Source of the DNA: an uncultured Methanomassiliicoccales archaeon
GTDB lineage: Archaea > Thermoplasmatota > Thermoplasmata > Methanomassiliicoccales > UBA472
NCBI GenBank assembly: GCA_963695345.1
Contig: OY968769.1
Location: 2,336,001-2,400,000 of the forward strand
Reading direction: 5' to 3'
DNA length: 64,000 bases
The notes beneath the pieces are model-generated. The model did not search any database, was not told where the DNA came from, and saw nothing but the letters and a program-made list of their open reading frames with translations. The stretch's first letter is position 1; every line of letters begins with the position of its first letter. Both the position numbers and the translations under genes were made by a program. Positions 38,922-49,571 of the stretch are shown one piece after another.

Positions 38922-40557
38922 ATGTCCGAGAACAACGAGGTTTTCGTCACCGTGGACAATATCAGCAAGAGTTTCGACGATAGCCAGGTGCTTAGGGACA
39001 TCAGCACCACCATTAGGGTCGGCGAGGTTCTAGGGCTGATAGGGAGAAGTGGATCCGGCAAGTCCGTCCTTATTCACGCGTTGAGAGGTTCGGAAGAGTA
39101 CAGACCTTCTTCCGGCAAGATAATCTATCGTGTCAATCACTGCGAGAAATGCAACCGTGTCGACCTTCCCGCTCCGGGAAAGCTCTGCACCAGATGCGGG
39201 GAGCCAACCCACATAGAGGAAGTTGACTTCTGGGGCCTGGACGAGAGAGACCCCTTGAGGATGGCGGTCAAGGAACGCATCGCGATCATGCTGCAGAGGT
39301 CGTTCGCGTTGTACGGCGACCTTTCTGTCATCGAGAATATTTTCGAGGCGTTCCCGGCCAATTTCGACGAGAAGCATAAGATCCAGAGGGCGATCGAACT
39401 GCTTCAGATGGTCCACATGACCCACCGTACCACTCACATCGCGCGGGATCTTTCCGGCGGTGAGAAACAGAGATGCGTCCTGGCCCGACAGCTCGCGCGC
39501 GAACCCATCCTCTTCCTGGCGGACGAACCCACCGGAACCCTCGACCCGCAGACGGCGGATATCGTACACAAAGCCCTCTCGGAGGCGGTCAAGTGCACCG
39601 GCATGACCATGGTGGTCACCTCGCATTGGCCGAAGGCCATCACCCGCCTCTCCGACAAGGCCATTTGGCTGGAGTCCGGGGAGATGGTTGAAGAGGGGGG
39701 CCCCCGAGGACGTGGTCAAGGAGTTCGAGGTCAGCTTTGATAAGCCGCCAGAGATGTCGGTCGCGGTCGGTCAACCGATAATCAGATGCACGGATGCCAA
39801 GAAATACTTCTACTCGATCGTCCGCGGTGTGGTCAAGGCGGTCGACGGGGTCACCTTCGACGTCAAGGAAAAGGAGATATTCGGACTGGTCGGGCTGAGC
39901 GGAGCGGGCAAGACCACGATGTCCAACATGATATCTGGCCTGTCGCCGGCCACCGGCGGGATGGTCGAGGTCCGGATCGGCGATGATTGGATCAACATGT
40001 CCGAGATGGGCGAGTTCGGCCGTGGTAGGGCCACCCCCTACATCGGCATGCTGCACCAGGAGTACAGCCTCTATCCTTTCAACACCATACTGCAGAACCT
40101 CACCGTCTGCATCGGCATAAAGATGCCCGCCGAGCTGGCCAAGATGAAGGCCATCCAAGTGCTCAGCGGCGTGGGATTCCTGCAGAAGGAGATCGACCGC
40201 ATCCTTTACGCCTTCCCGGAGACGCTGAGCGTCGGGGAGAAGCAGAGAGTGGCGATGGCCAGGGTGCTGATCGCCGAACCGCGGTTCGTGATCCTCGATG
40301 AACCGACCGGGACCATGGACCCGATAACCAAATTATCGGTCGCCAAATCCGTCCTGAACGCCAGGAAGGAACTGGGAGAGACCTTCATGATAGTCAGTCA
40401 CGATATGGACTTCGTGATCGACTGCTGTGACCGGGTCGCGCTCATGAAGGGAGGAAAGCTCATCGCCCTTGGAGACCCCAAGGAAGTGGTGGCGAATCTG
40501 ACCGAAGCCGACCTATTGGGAGAACCAGAAACGGAATCCTGCGAGGTTAACCATTGA
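38922..40557 (+). CDS. atwA: MCR activation component A2 (ABC-type ATPase), frameshift in the G/C run near 39700
   Basis: Two ABC cassettes ([25 protein letters not shown]; [25 protein letters not shown]) with a CxxC..CxxC insert; split at GAGGGGGGCCCCC. Confidence 0.9.
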
Positions 40558-41156
40558 AAGAGAGCATCGGTCGTAAGACCCGCTTCGTGGAATGCCGTGA
40601 GGCACGCGGCCTCGGGGTCGGCGGCAGTTTGGCCCAGAAGGCCACCATTTCGGAGAGCGGCAGGCAAGTGGTCGCGGTGGCCATGGGTCCAGGGAAGCGC
40701 CATATCACCAAGCCGGTGTGCGAGATAACCTATGAGCTCAGAGAGGAAGGTATCGATACCAGCGTGATCGTGATCAACGCCGGTTCGGGGGTTCCGCTCG
40801 ACGCACCAGATGCCTCCACCGGATCCATTTTCGGTCTGGACGAGATCGAGATCAAGAGGATGCAGCAGTTCAGGATCGCCTTGATCCACCTGGGGAACGT
40901 GAAGGCCCACATAATCTACAAGGCCAGGCTGATCCTTAGGAATGTGGACATGCCGGCAGTCGTGGTCTGTCAGGCGCCGGTGGATTTCGAGGACTTCGCC
41001 CGGATCGGAGTGAAGACCAGATACGTCCTGCCCAGGCCGGAGAACGTGGGCACCAAGGGGGAGATCGTGGAGATCGTCACCGGAGTGATCCGCGGGTCGA
41101 CCATCTCGCAGTCCAAGCTCGACGAGATCGTGTCCAAGGTCAAAAAGCACCTTTGA
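40554..41156 (+). CDS. mcrC: MCR operon protein C
   Basis: [42 protein letters not shown] motifs. Confidence 0.92.
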   Translation: MKESIGRKTRFVECREARGLGVGGSLAQKATISESGRQVVAVAMGPGKRHITKPVCEITYELREEGIDTSVIVINAGSGVPLDAPDASTGSIFGLDEIEIKRMQQFRIALIHLGNVKAHIIYKARLILRNVDMPAVVVCQAPVDFEDFARIGVKTRYVLPRPENVGTKGEIVEIVTGVIRGSTISQSKLDEIVSKVKKHL

Positions 41157-41158
41157 TA

Positions 41159-41740
41159 TCATTCTACCGATAGGTTGTAACCGACGATATGGGTCCAGTG
41201 CTTGGTCTCCACATATCCTAGCCTCTCCCTTATCCAGTCATCCGCCATGGTGGATATGCTGCCGGAGGTGACATCGGTTACCTCCTTGATGAAATCCAGG
41301 AAATGGAACTCCAGCGCCGGAAGCACGAAGTACGGCTCCCCGACCATCGATTTGTCGCCATAGATGATGAAGTCAGGGCCGATCCTGCATACGTCCGTGC
41401 GGTCCTTGAACTCCTCCTGCCTTGCCGGTGTCAGGTACTCGCCTATGACCTGTTTGTTCTGATCCTCTATGTAGACGATGTTGAACTGGTCGCCGATGAG
41501 CGGTATCGATGAGCCGATGACGATCACGACCACCACTTCCCGGCTCATGGTGGCCCACACGCCCCTATTGACAAAAGGCATCAGACCGCCGCAGGCCCCG
41601 TGGGATTCCGCCTCCCTCTCGATGGCCTCGAGCTTCGACCTCTCCTGCGGTTCCAGGAACCACACGTCCATGACACCGGGAATGGCACGGAGCGTTTCCT
41701 CCACCCTTTTTTGGACCGCCAGATTATCCATGAAAAACAT
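41159..41740 (-). CDS. Hypothetical protein, paralog of 36348-36902
   Basis: Aligns by eye with 36348-36902. Confidence 0.68.
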   Translation of the reverse strand: MFFMDNLAVQKRVEETLRAIPGVMDVWFLEPQERSKLEAIEREAESHGACGGLMPFVNRGVWATMSREVVVVIVIGSSIPLIGDQFNIVYIEDQNKQVIGEYLTPARQEEFKDRTDVCRIGPDFIIYGDKSMVGEPYFVLPALEFHFLDFIKEVTDVTSGSISTMADDWIRERLGYVETKHWTHIVGYNLSVE

Positions 41741-41989
41741 GAGCGGTTGTTAAGGTATTAAAAACTTCCAGATTCGCTATGAACCGCTATGCATATTCGT
41801 TCCGAACAGCTCGATTTATCCGGTCAGTAGCGGAGACGAACCAGCATGGGAAGATAAACATCGAAGGCGGTCGGGACCAAGGACCCATTCCGGTCTCCTC
41901 GGCGGTCCATATCTGGCCGGATGCCCTGGTGTCCTAGATACTCAAATAAAAAGCTTATTAACGGGCCAGAGCATCTCTCGGTGGACCAG

Positions 41990-43618
41990 ATGAGAATAAT
42001 TGTCAACGGAAGACCGGTGGAAGCCCCGGAAGGAGCGGTGGTCGGCGACGTCATCGCCGGAGAACCGTACAGGCACGGCACAATGCTGGCGGTCATCCGG
42101 CCGATGGACAAGGTAAGGAAGGGGACCGATGAATTCAAGTTCACCACAACCAGAGGGGCGTTCGTCCTCAAGTTGAACGGTTCGATCGAGGCCAACGCCT
42201 GGAAGGAGGTCTTTTCGGCGACCGCCGGCAAGTCGGTCCGCTGGGCCACCTCCAAGGTCATCGCGGTCGGGTCCTTCCCGACCAGTCTGACCTCGACCAA
42301 GGGGAGGGCCAAGTACTCCCGGCACGAGGCTTTCCTATCCTTGGGTGGGTTCGACTCCAACACCACATATGTGATGTTCGCCCGGAATGACCATGAAGGC
42401 GAATACGGCCTCGCCGGCGGGGTCATCGGTCATGTCACACGGGGACGCCATGTGATCACCGCACTGAAAGAGGCCGACAAGATACTCGACGTCACTCCCG
42501 TGGTCCTGGAGATGAGCTCCAAGGACGCTTTCGCCACCGCCGACCTGACCACCAAGCTGGAGGACGGCATGAGCGTGGAGACCTACGTCCGGGTCAAGCT
42601 CGATCATCGCTCGCCGATCAGCTGCGAGCATTTCCTGGTGACGATCACGGGCGGCACGCTGAAGCTCACCGAACGAACCGCCGCGTACACCGCCAGCTCG
42701 ACCAACATGGACGTCTCCCTGATCGCCGAGGCGAACGACATCCGACTGCCCGACATGGTCACCGTCAGGCACACGGGCGCCGGTACCGGCAGGGTATACA
42801 TCTACAAGCTCCGAAGACAGGTGAATCCCAGCCACAACACCGCGGGGATGCTCATCGCCGGAGAGCAACTGATCCATCTGGTCCCGGACCATTCCGAGGT
42901 CACCATCATCAGCGATCCGGTCCGGATCATGACCATCGGCATGACCCAGGCCCAAGCCGGTTCATTCCTTGATTCCCTTGGTCTGAAACAGAAACGGACC
43001 GGGGATGGGGCGGACGACGCCATGGTGGTGGAACAGGAGCCGGAGTTCACCATGGATGCCAGGGCGTCCGCCGAGGTGGAGACCTTCGGCATCGGGGCCG
43101 AAAAGATACGCGACGTCTCGTTCGCCGACGACGTGGCCCCTACCACATCCCGCTACATCCGCAAGATGGCCGGACTGGACCACAAGCCGGTCGGCACCCT
43201 GAAGGTCCATTTCACATTCGAGGGAATGCCGCTGGTGACCTTCGAGGGCAACGCCACGGTGGCCTCGAGCCTGGTTCCCGAGAACGGATTCACCATCGAG
43301 AAAGGGGTGGCCCGCGGCGAGATCGGGGTCACCAACATGGCGAGGCCCAACCGCGGACTCATCGGCATACGATTGGAACCCAGTAACGAGTTCGGCCCCA
43401 CCGGGGAGGAGGACCACGGCACGAACATGTCAGGTATCGTGGTCTCCGACCTCGGTGCCTTGATGTCCGGGCTCAAGGACGGCGACATCGTGTACATCCG
43501 GGAGGCACCGAGACCGGCCCCGGCGCCGAAGGTCAAGAGAGCCCGGGCAGCCCCGTCGGAAGTCAAGAAGAAGCCAGCAGCAAAGAAGAAGGTGAAGAAG
43601 GATGTCACAGACCAGTGA
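41990..43618 (+). CDS. mmp3: Methanogenesis marker protein 3
   Basis: TTRG, SLGGFD, G.GRVYIY, VVEQEP, GEIGVTN, IGIRL..SNEFGPTGE motifs; first gene of the marker operon. Confidence 0.85.
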   Translation: MRIIVNGRPVEAPEGAVVGDVIAGEPYRHGTMLAVIRPMDKVRKGTDEFKFTTTRGAFVLKLNGSIEANAWKEVFSATAGKSVRWATSKVIAVGSFPTSLTSTKGRAKYSRHEAFLSLGGFDSNTTYVMFARNDHEGEYGLAGGVIGHVTRGRHVITALKEADKILDVTPVVLEMSSKDAFATADLTTKLEDGMSVETYVRVKLDHRSPISCEHFLVTITGGTLKLTERTAAYTASSTNMDVSLIAEANDIRLPDMVTVRHTGAGTGRVYIYKLRRQVNPSHNTAGMLIAGEQLIHLVPDHSEVTIISDPVRIMTIGMTQAQAGSFLDSLGLKQKRTGDGADDAMVVEQEPEFTMDARASAEVETFGIGAEKIRDVSFADDVAPTTSRYIRKMAGLDHKPVGTLKVHFTFEGMPLVTFEGNATVASSLVPENGFTIEKGVARGEIGVTNMARPNRGLIGIRLEPSNEFGPTGEEDHGTNMSGIVVSDLGALMSGLKDGDIVYIREAPRPAPAPKVKRARAAPSEVKKKPAAKKKVKKDVTDQ

Positions 43619-44030
43619 GACCAGGTACATCGTCATCGCACCGAGCTCTTCCATCACTCCTGACCAGATCACCCGGTTCATCCACACGATGGCGGTGGAC
43701 ATCCAGATCAAGGAGACCTGTTTCGGGGTCATCATCCAGGGGCACCGGAGGTGGTGGCCAAGGTGCTGGCCGAGGTCAGGAAGCTGGACCCGAACCGTCT
43801 GTTCTCCAAGGTCCGCGGCTACCCCATCGGCGACGGAAGGAGATGCCGGGCCGAGCACGGCTCCAGGCCCGGGTTCACCCAGCTGGAGAAGGAGTGGAAG
43901 GACCTGCCGATGTTCGAGGCCGGTCTGGTATGCGCCGAGACGGATGGCAAGGTATGCGAGCGTTCCGAAACGGAAGAAGATCCCGGTCTCGGAACTCAAG
44001 AAGATTTGCGACGAGGTGTGTCAACAATGA
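43602..44030 (+). CDS. mmp6: Methanogenesis marker protein 6 (two compensating indels)
   Basis: IKETCFG in one frame and RGYPIGD.RRCRA..GSRPGF.QLE.E in the shifted frame. Confidence 0.8.
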   Translation: MSQTSETRYIVIAPSSSITPDQITRFIHTMAVDIQIKETCFGVIIQGHRRWWPRCWPRSGSWTRTVCSPRSAATPSATEGDAGPSTAPGPGSPSWRRSGRTCRCSRPVWYAPRRMARYASVPKRKKIPVSELKKICDEVCQQ

Positions 44031-44461
44031 AGGTTTTCATAGTCCCCCCGAACAGCCTGATACTGTTCGATCTCGTGGAACGTTTCGGGCACAAGCCGCT
44101 CAGCATAATGGGGGCGCTGTCGGAGAAGGTGACCTCGAAGGAGATCGAGTCCCCTCCGCTGAACGTCACCGTCGACGACGTCAAGAAGGGGCTCAAGTAC
44201 GCGGGAATCGAGGTCCCGTCTGGCATACGCGGGAGGCTGGCGGTATACGGACCGCTCATCGACGAGGCCGAGGCGGCCATATTCATGGAGGACGCGCCCT
44301 ACATGTTCGGCTGCGTCGGCTGCGCCCGGACCAACGAGATGGTCAAGCTGCTGGTCCGGAAGAGGAAGATCCCGCTCCTGGAGCTGGACTACCCGACCAG
44401 CGATGAAGAGGCCAAGGTCGTGGTCAAGAAGGTAAAGGCGTTCCTGGAGGGACTGAAATGA
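44027..44461 (+). CDS. mmp5: Methanogenesis marker protein 5
   Basis: [46 protein letters not shown]. Confidence 0.9.
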   Translation: MKVFIVPPNSLILFDLVERFGHKPLSIMGALSEKVTSKEIESPPLNVTVDDVKKGLKYAGIEVPSGIRGRLAVYGPLIDEAEAAIFMEDAPYMFGCVGCARTNEMVKLLVRKRKIPLLELDYPTSDEEAKVVVKKVKAFLEGLK

Positions 44462-45690
44462 TCAAGATCGCACAACTGTCCTGCGGGACCGAGTACTCTG
44501 GAGTGCAGGACGAGATAGAGCGGGCCGCCGGAGCGGTCGGGGGCAAGATGGTCTATCCGGACGTGGACCTGGAGAACATCAACTCGGCCATCGAGAAGTT
44601 CGGTTTCAACCCGGTCTCCCCGCAGCTGAAATTGATGATCGCCCGGGCGGTGAACGTGGCCGAAGGTCACTACGATGCCGACGCGGTGTTCATCGCCTCC
44701 TGCTTCCGCTGCGCCGAGGCGGCGCTGGTGAGGACGGAGCTCAGGAAGTACATCCAGGAGCATACCCGGCTTCCGGTGGTCACCTACTCGTTCACCGAGA
44801 GGACCAAGTCCGCCCAGCTGCTCACCAGGATGGAAGCGCTGGTCACCATTGTGGAACGCAAGGAACTGCTGGCCAGGGAACGGCAGGTCGGACTCACCGC
44901 CGGCATAGACTCCGGTTCTTCCACCACCAAGGCCATGATCATGCGGGACAACGAGATCATCGGGAAGTTCTGGTTGCCGACGCAGGACGTATTCAGTTCG
45001 GCCGAGACGGCTCTGAACAATGCGCTCGCAGAGGCGGGGGTCAAGACGGGAGCAGCTGGAGGCCATCGGGACCACCGGATACGGACGTTTCACATTGGGC
45101 AAGAAGTTCAACGCCAAGCTGGTCCAGGAAGAGCTGACCGTCAACTCGAAGGGAGCGGTATGGCTGGCGGACCGTCAGAAGGGCGAGGCCACCATCATCG
45201 ACATCGGAGGAATGGACAACAAGGCCATCACCGTCCGGGACGGCATACCGGACAACTTCACCATGGGCGGCATCTGCGCCGGGGCGTCCGGAAGGTTCCT
45301 GGAGATGGTCTCGAAGCGTCTTCACGTGGAGATAACCGAACTGGGTCAGCTGGCCGACAAGGGCGACTATAGGAAGGTGCCCATGAACTCCTACTGCTCG
45401 GTGTTCGGCATCCAGGACCTGGTCACCTCGCTCGCCGCGGGCAACACCATGGAGGACGTGGCGTCCGCCGCCTGTCACTCGGTGGCGGAACAGATATTCG
45501 AGCAGCAGCTGCAGGAGATCGAGGTGCGCTATCCGGTCATCCAGGTCGGCGGCACCTCGCTGATCAGCGGCATGGTCCGGGCAATGGAGGACACCCTCGG
45601 GACAGAGGCCGATCGTTCCGCCCGCACTCCCAGTACATCGGAGCCGCCGGCGCGGCATTGCTGGCATCCGGATTCCTAGAGGGACACTGA
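44458..45690 (+). CDS. mmp15: Methanogenesis marker protein 15 (BadF/BcrA-type ATPase), frameshifted
   Basis: [30 protein letters not shown]; then [27 protein letters not shown] and [15 protein letters not shown] in shifted frames. Confidence 0.85.
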
Positions 45691-45691
45691 G

Positions 45692-46256
45692 ATGGAGATC
45701 ATAGCGGAAGGGCCGGAAAGCTTCGCGAACGACAGCTACACGTTGCTGCTGGAGCGGACGCTGGTGGACATGGGCATCACCACCTCCATCGAGAAGGTGC
45801 AGGTTGATCATCCGATCCGGCCGAGCCGCTCTTCATCATATCCATCCGCACCCGGCAAGGCGGGGGGTTCGAGAATGGTCTCCGAGATATCGCACCATCG
45901 AGGAGAAGGAGGGAGGGACCTTCATCACCATCATCGATGAGAACTACGCCCCGCGCCTGCTCTCGCCTGCTGTGGAGGACGTTCGGCCGGGATAGGATCG
46001 AACAGGTCACCCGGCTGGAGATCTATGCCAAAGGGATAACCGCCAAGGACCTCGAATCCCTGCGAGCTGGACCCGGAAGAGGAGCTCAAGAAGAAGCTGC
46101 TCGACGCGGTCTGGAGGATCATGCCCGGAAGGGTTCAAGGTAAGGCAGGAGTGGGTTTCCGAGACGGCCATGACCATCACCGCCACCGAGCGGACCCTGA
46201 CCCCGGAGCAGATCGCCCTGGGTGCGGCCACCCAGAAGGATATGGAGGCGCCCTGA
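45692..46256 (+). CDS. mmp17: Methanogenesis marker protein 17, with multiple indels
   Basis: Fragments EPLFIIS, IIDENYAPRLL, FGRDRIEQ.TR, RIMPEGF across frames; operon position between mmp15 and mmp7. Confidence 0.65.
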
Positions 46257-47185
46257 TGTACAAGGTACTGTTGTTCGACGGTGGGGTCTACCGCATCAAC
46301 GAGCTGTACGAGCTTATCGAGGACATCGGCGGATTCATCATCCAGAAGACCACCATCCAGGTCATGATAACGGTGACCATGGCCATCCCCGAGGAGGACC
46401 AGCCGATCATCGAGGCGAAGATCGCGGGAACTGGGGGCGAAGCTGGTCGACGTTCCGCTGGCGGGCACGGAGATAGCGTCGTCGGTCCGACACTGGGACG
46501 TCATCACATGCCCCATCCTATCTGCGACATCGCCGAGCAGCTGCGCCGTTACGGCGCCATCACGGTGGTCATGGGTCTGGCCCGGGGAAAGGGAAGGGCC
46601 ACTGCGCAGATATCCGCGGACGAGAAGGCCATCATCGACGAATATGACGCGGCGATCTTCGTGCTGGGCAATTTCAAGGATTGCATCATCAACGACAAGG
46701 TCCGGCTATTCCAGGACATATCCGTCCCGGTCACCGTGGTATGCGGCCCGGACATCCCGGAGCTCCCCAACTGCGAGGCGCTCGTGTCCGGGGTGGGCCG
46801 CAAGGTGGAGAGGATGAGACGGGCCGAGGAGATCGAGAAGCTGGAAGAGGTATCCAATGCCGTCGACCGGACCATCGGCATACGCCGCCGGGAGATCGAT
46901 GAGGACCCTCTGTTCGTCCACCCTTCCGAGATCAAGGAACAGCTGGAGAAGATACAGGCGGTCAGCGAATCCCTGCGCCCGGCACCGATCGTATTGCACC
47001 TGGATGGTCTCAGGGTCAAAGTGCCGTTCGAGGAGTACGGCAGTCAGATCGCCGACCTCGAAGTGTACGGGCGGAAGCTTGGGGAGATAGCGCGCATTAC
47101 CGGTTCAAGGATGAAAGGCAGCACGCTGATCCGCATCATGACCGAATGCGAGGTCAAGGCAAGGGACTCGCTAAAGCAGAAATGA
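46256..47185 (+). CDS. mmp7: Methanogenesis marker protein 7 (compensating indels near 46425-46478)
   Basis: GGVYR..EL.ELIEDIGG, PTLGRHHMPHPICDIAE.LRR.GA, GLARG.G, LDGLRVK. Confidence 0.87.
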   Translation: MYKVLLFDGGVYRINELYELIEDIGGFIIQKTTIQVMITVTMAIPEEDQPIIEAKIAGTGGEAGRRSAGGHGDSVVGPTLGRHHMPHPICDIAEQLRRYGAITVVMGLARGKGRATAQISADEKAIIDEYDAAIFVLGNFKDCIINDKVRLFQDISVPVTVVCGPDIPELPNCEALVSGVGRKVERMRRAEEIEKLEEVSNAVDRTIGIRRREIDEDPLFVHPSEIKEQLEKIQAVSESLRPAPIVLHLDGLRVKVPFEEYGSQIADLEVYGRKLGEIARITGSRMKGSTLIRIMTECEVKARDSLKQK

Positions 47186-47243
47186 CCCTCGCCAATGCGA
47201 TACCGTTTATAGTCCAATGAATGAATACTCCTCAGGGTTAGCA

Positions 47244-47810
47244 ATGAAGATCATCGGTATCTCGGGGAGTCCCAGGGTCGACGGCAACACGGAGGTCCTG
47301 GTCAAAGAGGCGTTGGAAGGGGCCAGACAGAAAGGCGCGGAGATCGAGTTCGTAGCGCTCTCCGGCCGGAAGATCCAAGGCTGCCTGGCATGCACGGAAT
47401 GCGGCCGAAACGGCAAATGCGTCATCGATGATGAGATGCAGGAGATCTACCCCGGGCTGATGGCGGCCGATGGCGTGATCATAGGAACCCCGATCTATTT
47501 TGGGCAGATGACATCGCAGACCAAGGCATTCATCGACCGGACCTACCTGCTCTCCAAGCTGGGGAAGAAATTGGAGGGGAAGGTCGGTGGGGTAATCGCG
47601 GTCGGCGGGCGGGCCGGGCACGAGTTCACCACCGCGGCTCTGATGGACTTCATGACCCTACAAGGGTTGATCCTCCCCCCGAAGGCGTTCGCCCATTCTT
47701 ACGCCCGGGAGCTGGGGGCGGCCCGGTCGGACGAGAAGGGATTGAAGGAGGCCAGGGCCCTGGGTGAACGGGTGGTATCGCTGGCGGTCCGGCTGGCCCC
47801 GACCAAGTGA
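47244..47810 (+). CDS. Iron-sulfur flavoprotein (flavodoxin family)
   Basis: ISGSPR..GNT, CLACTEC..NGKC, GTPIYFG motifs. Confidence 0.9.
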   Translation: MKIIGISGSPRVDGNTEVLVKEALEGARQKGAEIEFVALSGRKIQGCLACTECGRNGKCVIDDEMQEIYPGLMAADGVIIGTPIYFGQMTSQTKAFIDRTYLLSKLGKKLEGKVGGVIAVGGRAGHEFTTAALMDFMTLQGLILPPKAFAHSYARELGAARSDEKGLKEARALGERVVSLAVRLAPTK

Positions 47811-48312
47811 GGAGGGATCACCGATCCCTGGAGAGCCAGATAACGAACGGGGGACCTACATCCTGTTGGCCTACCTGCGCCGTGACCAGACGATCACGAT
47901 AGGCAGGCTGGGCCCGATTCATTTCCTGGCCGGGACCTATGCCTATTGCGGCTCGGCCATGGCTGGCTACCGGGGGAGGGTGGGCCGGCATTTCTCCAGG
48001 GACAAGAAGCTGCGATGGCATATCGACTTCCTGCTGGAAGAGGCCGAACCGATGGCCGCATACCTGGCGCCGGGAGGAAAGGGCGTGGAATGCGCGCTCG
48101 GAATGCTCCTGTCCGGTTTGGAGGGCTCCCAACCCATCAAGGGATTCGGCTGTTCCGATTGCGGATGCATTTCACATCTCTTCTGGATCGAAGGCTCGTC
48201 TATTCCGGACCTGTCTGGAAAAAATGAAGGCGGCCCGGTTCGGGATATGTACCGCTGCGCAAAATCATTAATAGACTGGATACCCCTATCAATGGCAATA
48301 CTGGTATGGTGA
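47764..48312 (+). CDS. DUF123/GIY-YIG family nuclease-like protein (true start probably near 47824)
   Basis: GTYIL, YAYCGSA, RVGRH, WHIDFL, EC, GFGCSDC.C.SHL motifs. Confidence 0.75.
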   Translation: MNGWYRWRSGWPRPSEEGSPIPGEPDNERGTYILLAYLRRDQTITIGRLGPIHFLAGTYAYCGSAMAGYRGRVGRHFSRDKKLRWHIDFLLEEAEPMAAYLAPGGKGVECALGMLLSGLEGSQPIKGFGCSDCGCISHLFWIEGSSIPDLSGKNEGGPVRDMYRCAKSLIDWIPLSMAILVW

Positions 48313-48318
48313 TCTGTC

Positions 48319-48549
48319 GTGGTGGACCCTAAGGTGGAAAAGATCGAGCATAAGATCAAAGAACTGAACGCCATCAGGGGAGAGTACCGGGCCGAGGTCG
48401 ATGAGGCGGAGGCCCATTTCAAGAAACGCAAGATATCCAAAGAGGAATTTGACCGTATCAAGTCCAAGTGCGAAGAGAAGATGGGCCACATCAATGACAA
48501 GGTGAAGGCATGCCATGAGGAGCTTCACGCACTGCGTGACAAGAAATGA
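48319..48549 (+). CDS. Small coiled-coil protein
   Basis: GGTGA RBS; Lys/Glu-rich helical sequence. Confidence 0.55.
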   Translation: MVDPKVEKIEHKIKELNAIRGEYRAEVDEAEAHFKKRKISKEEFDRIKSKCEEKMGHINDKVKACHEELHALRDKK

Positions 48550-49146
48550 ACGGGATCGGCCCGTCCGATCCGTTCGTCGCGAGGCGATCCCGATCCCCGG
48601 GGTACGATACATCGATTTTTCTCGGTCCTCCGCTATAACGCTGGATGAGGTTAGGCATGGCCGTCAGGTATAATCCTAATTTACTTATACTCAATAAACC
48701 AAATGCATATATTGCCCGGAGGCGGAATGCGGGTCCGGACAGGAAGAGTTCAGGATGACACCGATGTCCCTGCTCGATCCTGATCCCTTTCGTGGTTGCG
48801 ACCACGGGCGTCATAGAAATGGACTTGGGTATTACCCATATCCAGGCGCACCTGCTCTAGAAGGGTAGTCCTGTTCATTCTGAACGGACCATCCCGCGGC
48901 AGAAAGAGAATACGGCCGCCTCGAGGGGACGGTCATTTTGTGGAATGACCTCCGCAGGTCGTCGGAATCCGGTCCGTACCGAAAACTCCGGGCATCATTC
49001 TTAATCGATGATTGACCAGTATTCTTAATTTTGTCCATACATCTGGGCTTGACGTATCTCAAATCTGTATGAAATCAAAGGATCTCGTTCTAACGAAGAA
49101 TAGAAATAGTCTGTAATGTCTAGTAATATATTGGCCCGGAGGCGGA

Positions 49147-49368
49147 ATGCATCTGGGGAAAACAGTGAAGGTGCCCTGCATCGTTTGTGGACGATGTCTT
49201 AGGAAACTGTCCCTGTTCCGGCGAGAGCTGGGTCTATGCAATGTGGTCGTTGCCTGCAGGCAACGGTTGATGCATGGATTCGCGAACGGAAAGACTCTCC
49301 TAACAAGAGAGAACCTACCAAGCGATACAGAGCGTTCGGGGTTCGATCGGATTCATCTGCAGATTTGA
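49147..49368 (+). CDS. Possible small Cys-rich protein
   Basis: GGAGG RBS; CIVCGRC...CNVVVAC. Confidence 0.35.
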   Translation: MHLGKTVKVPCIVCGRCLRKLSLFRRELGLCNVVVACRQRLMHGFANGKTLLTRENLPSDTERSGFDRIHLQI

Positions 49369-49571
49369 CCCGACCTAACCGGAGAACGAAGTACCCAGCG
49401 GCCCTGTAAACCCCGGGCCATCTACTCATCCTGCTAGAATGGAAATTATGGGCCGAAAATACCCTTAACATACCTATACTTTTCACTAGCCATTGCATTA
49501 GATAGATTTTTAATATGTTGATATGCTTCGGGGTTGTAATCTCGTTTATATTATCTTCGAGGGTTTCGATC

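Noticed and set aside
39690-39710. Programmed frameshift in atwA at GAGGGGGGCCCCC
   Set aside because: The same region has many other homopolymer indels; assembly error is more parsimonious
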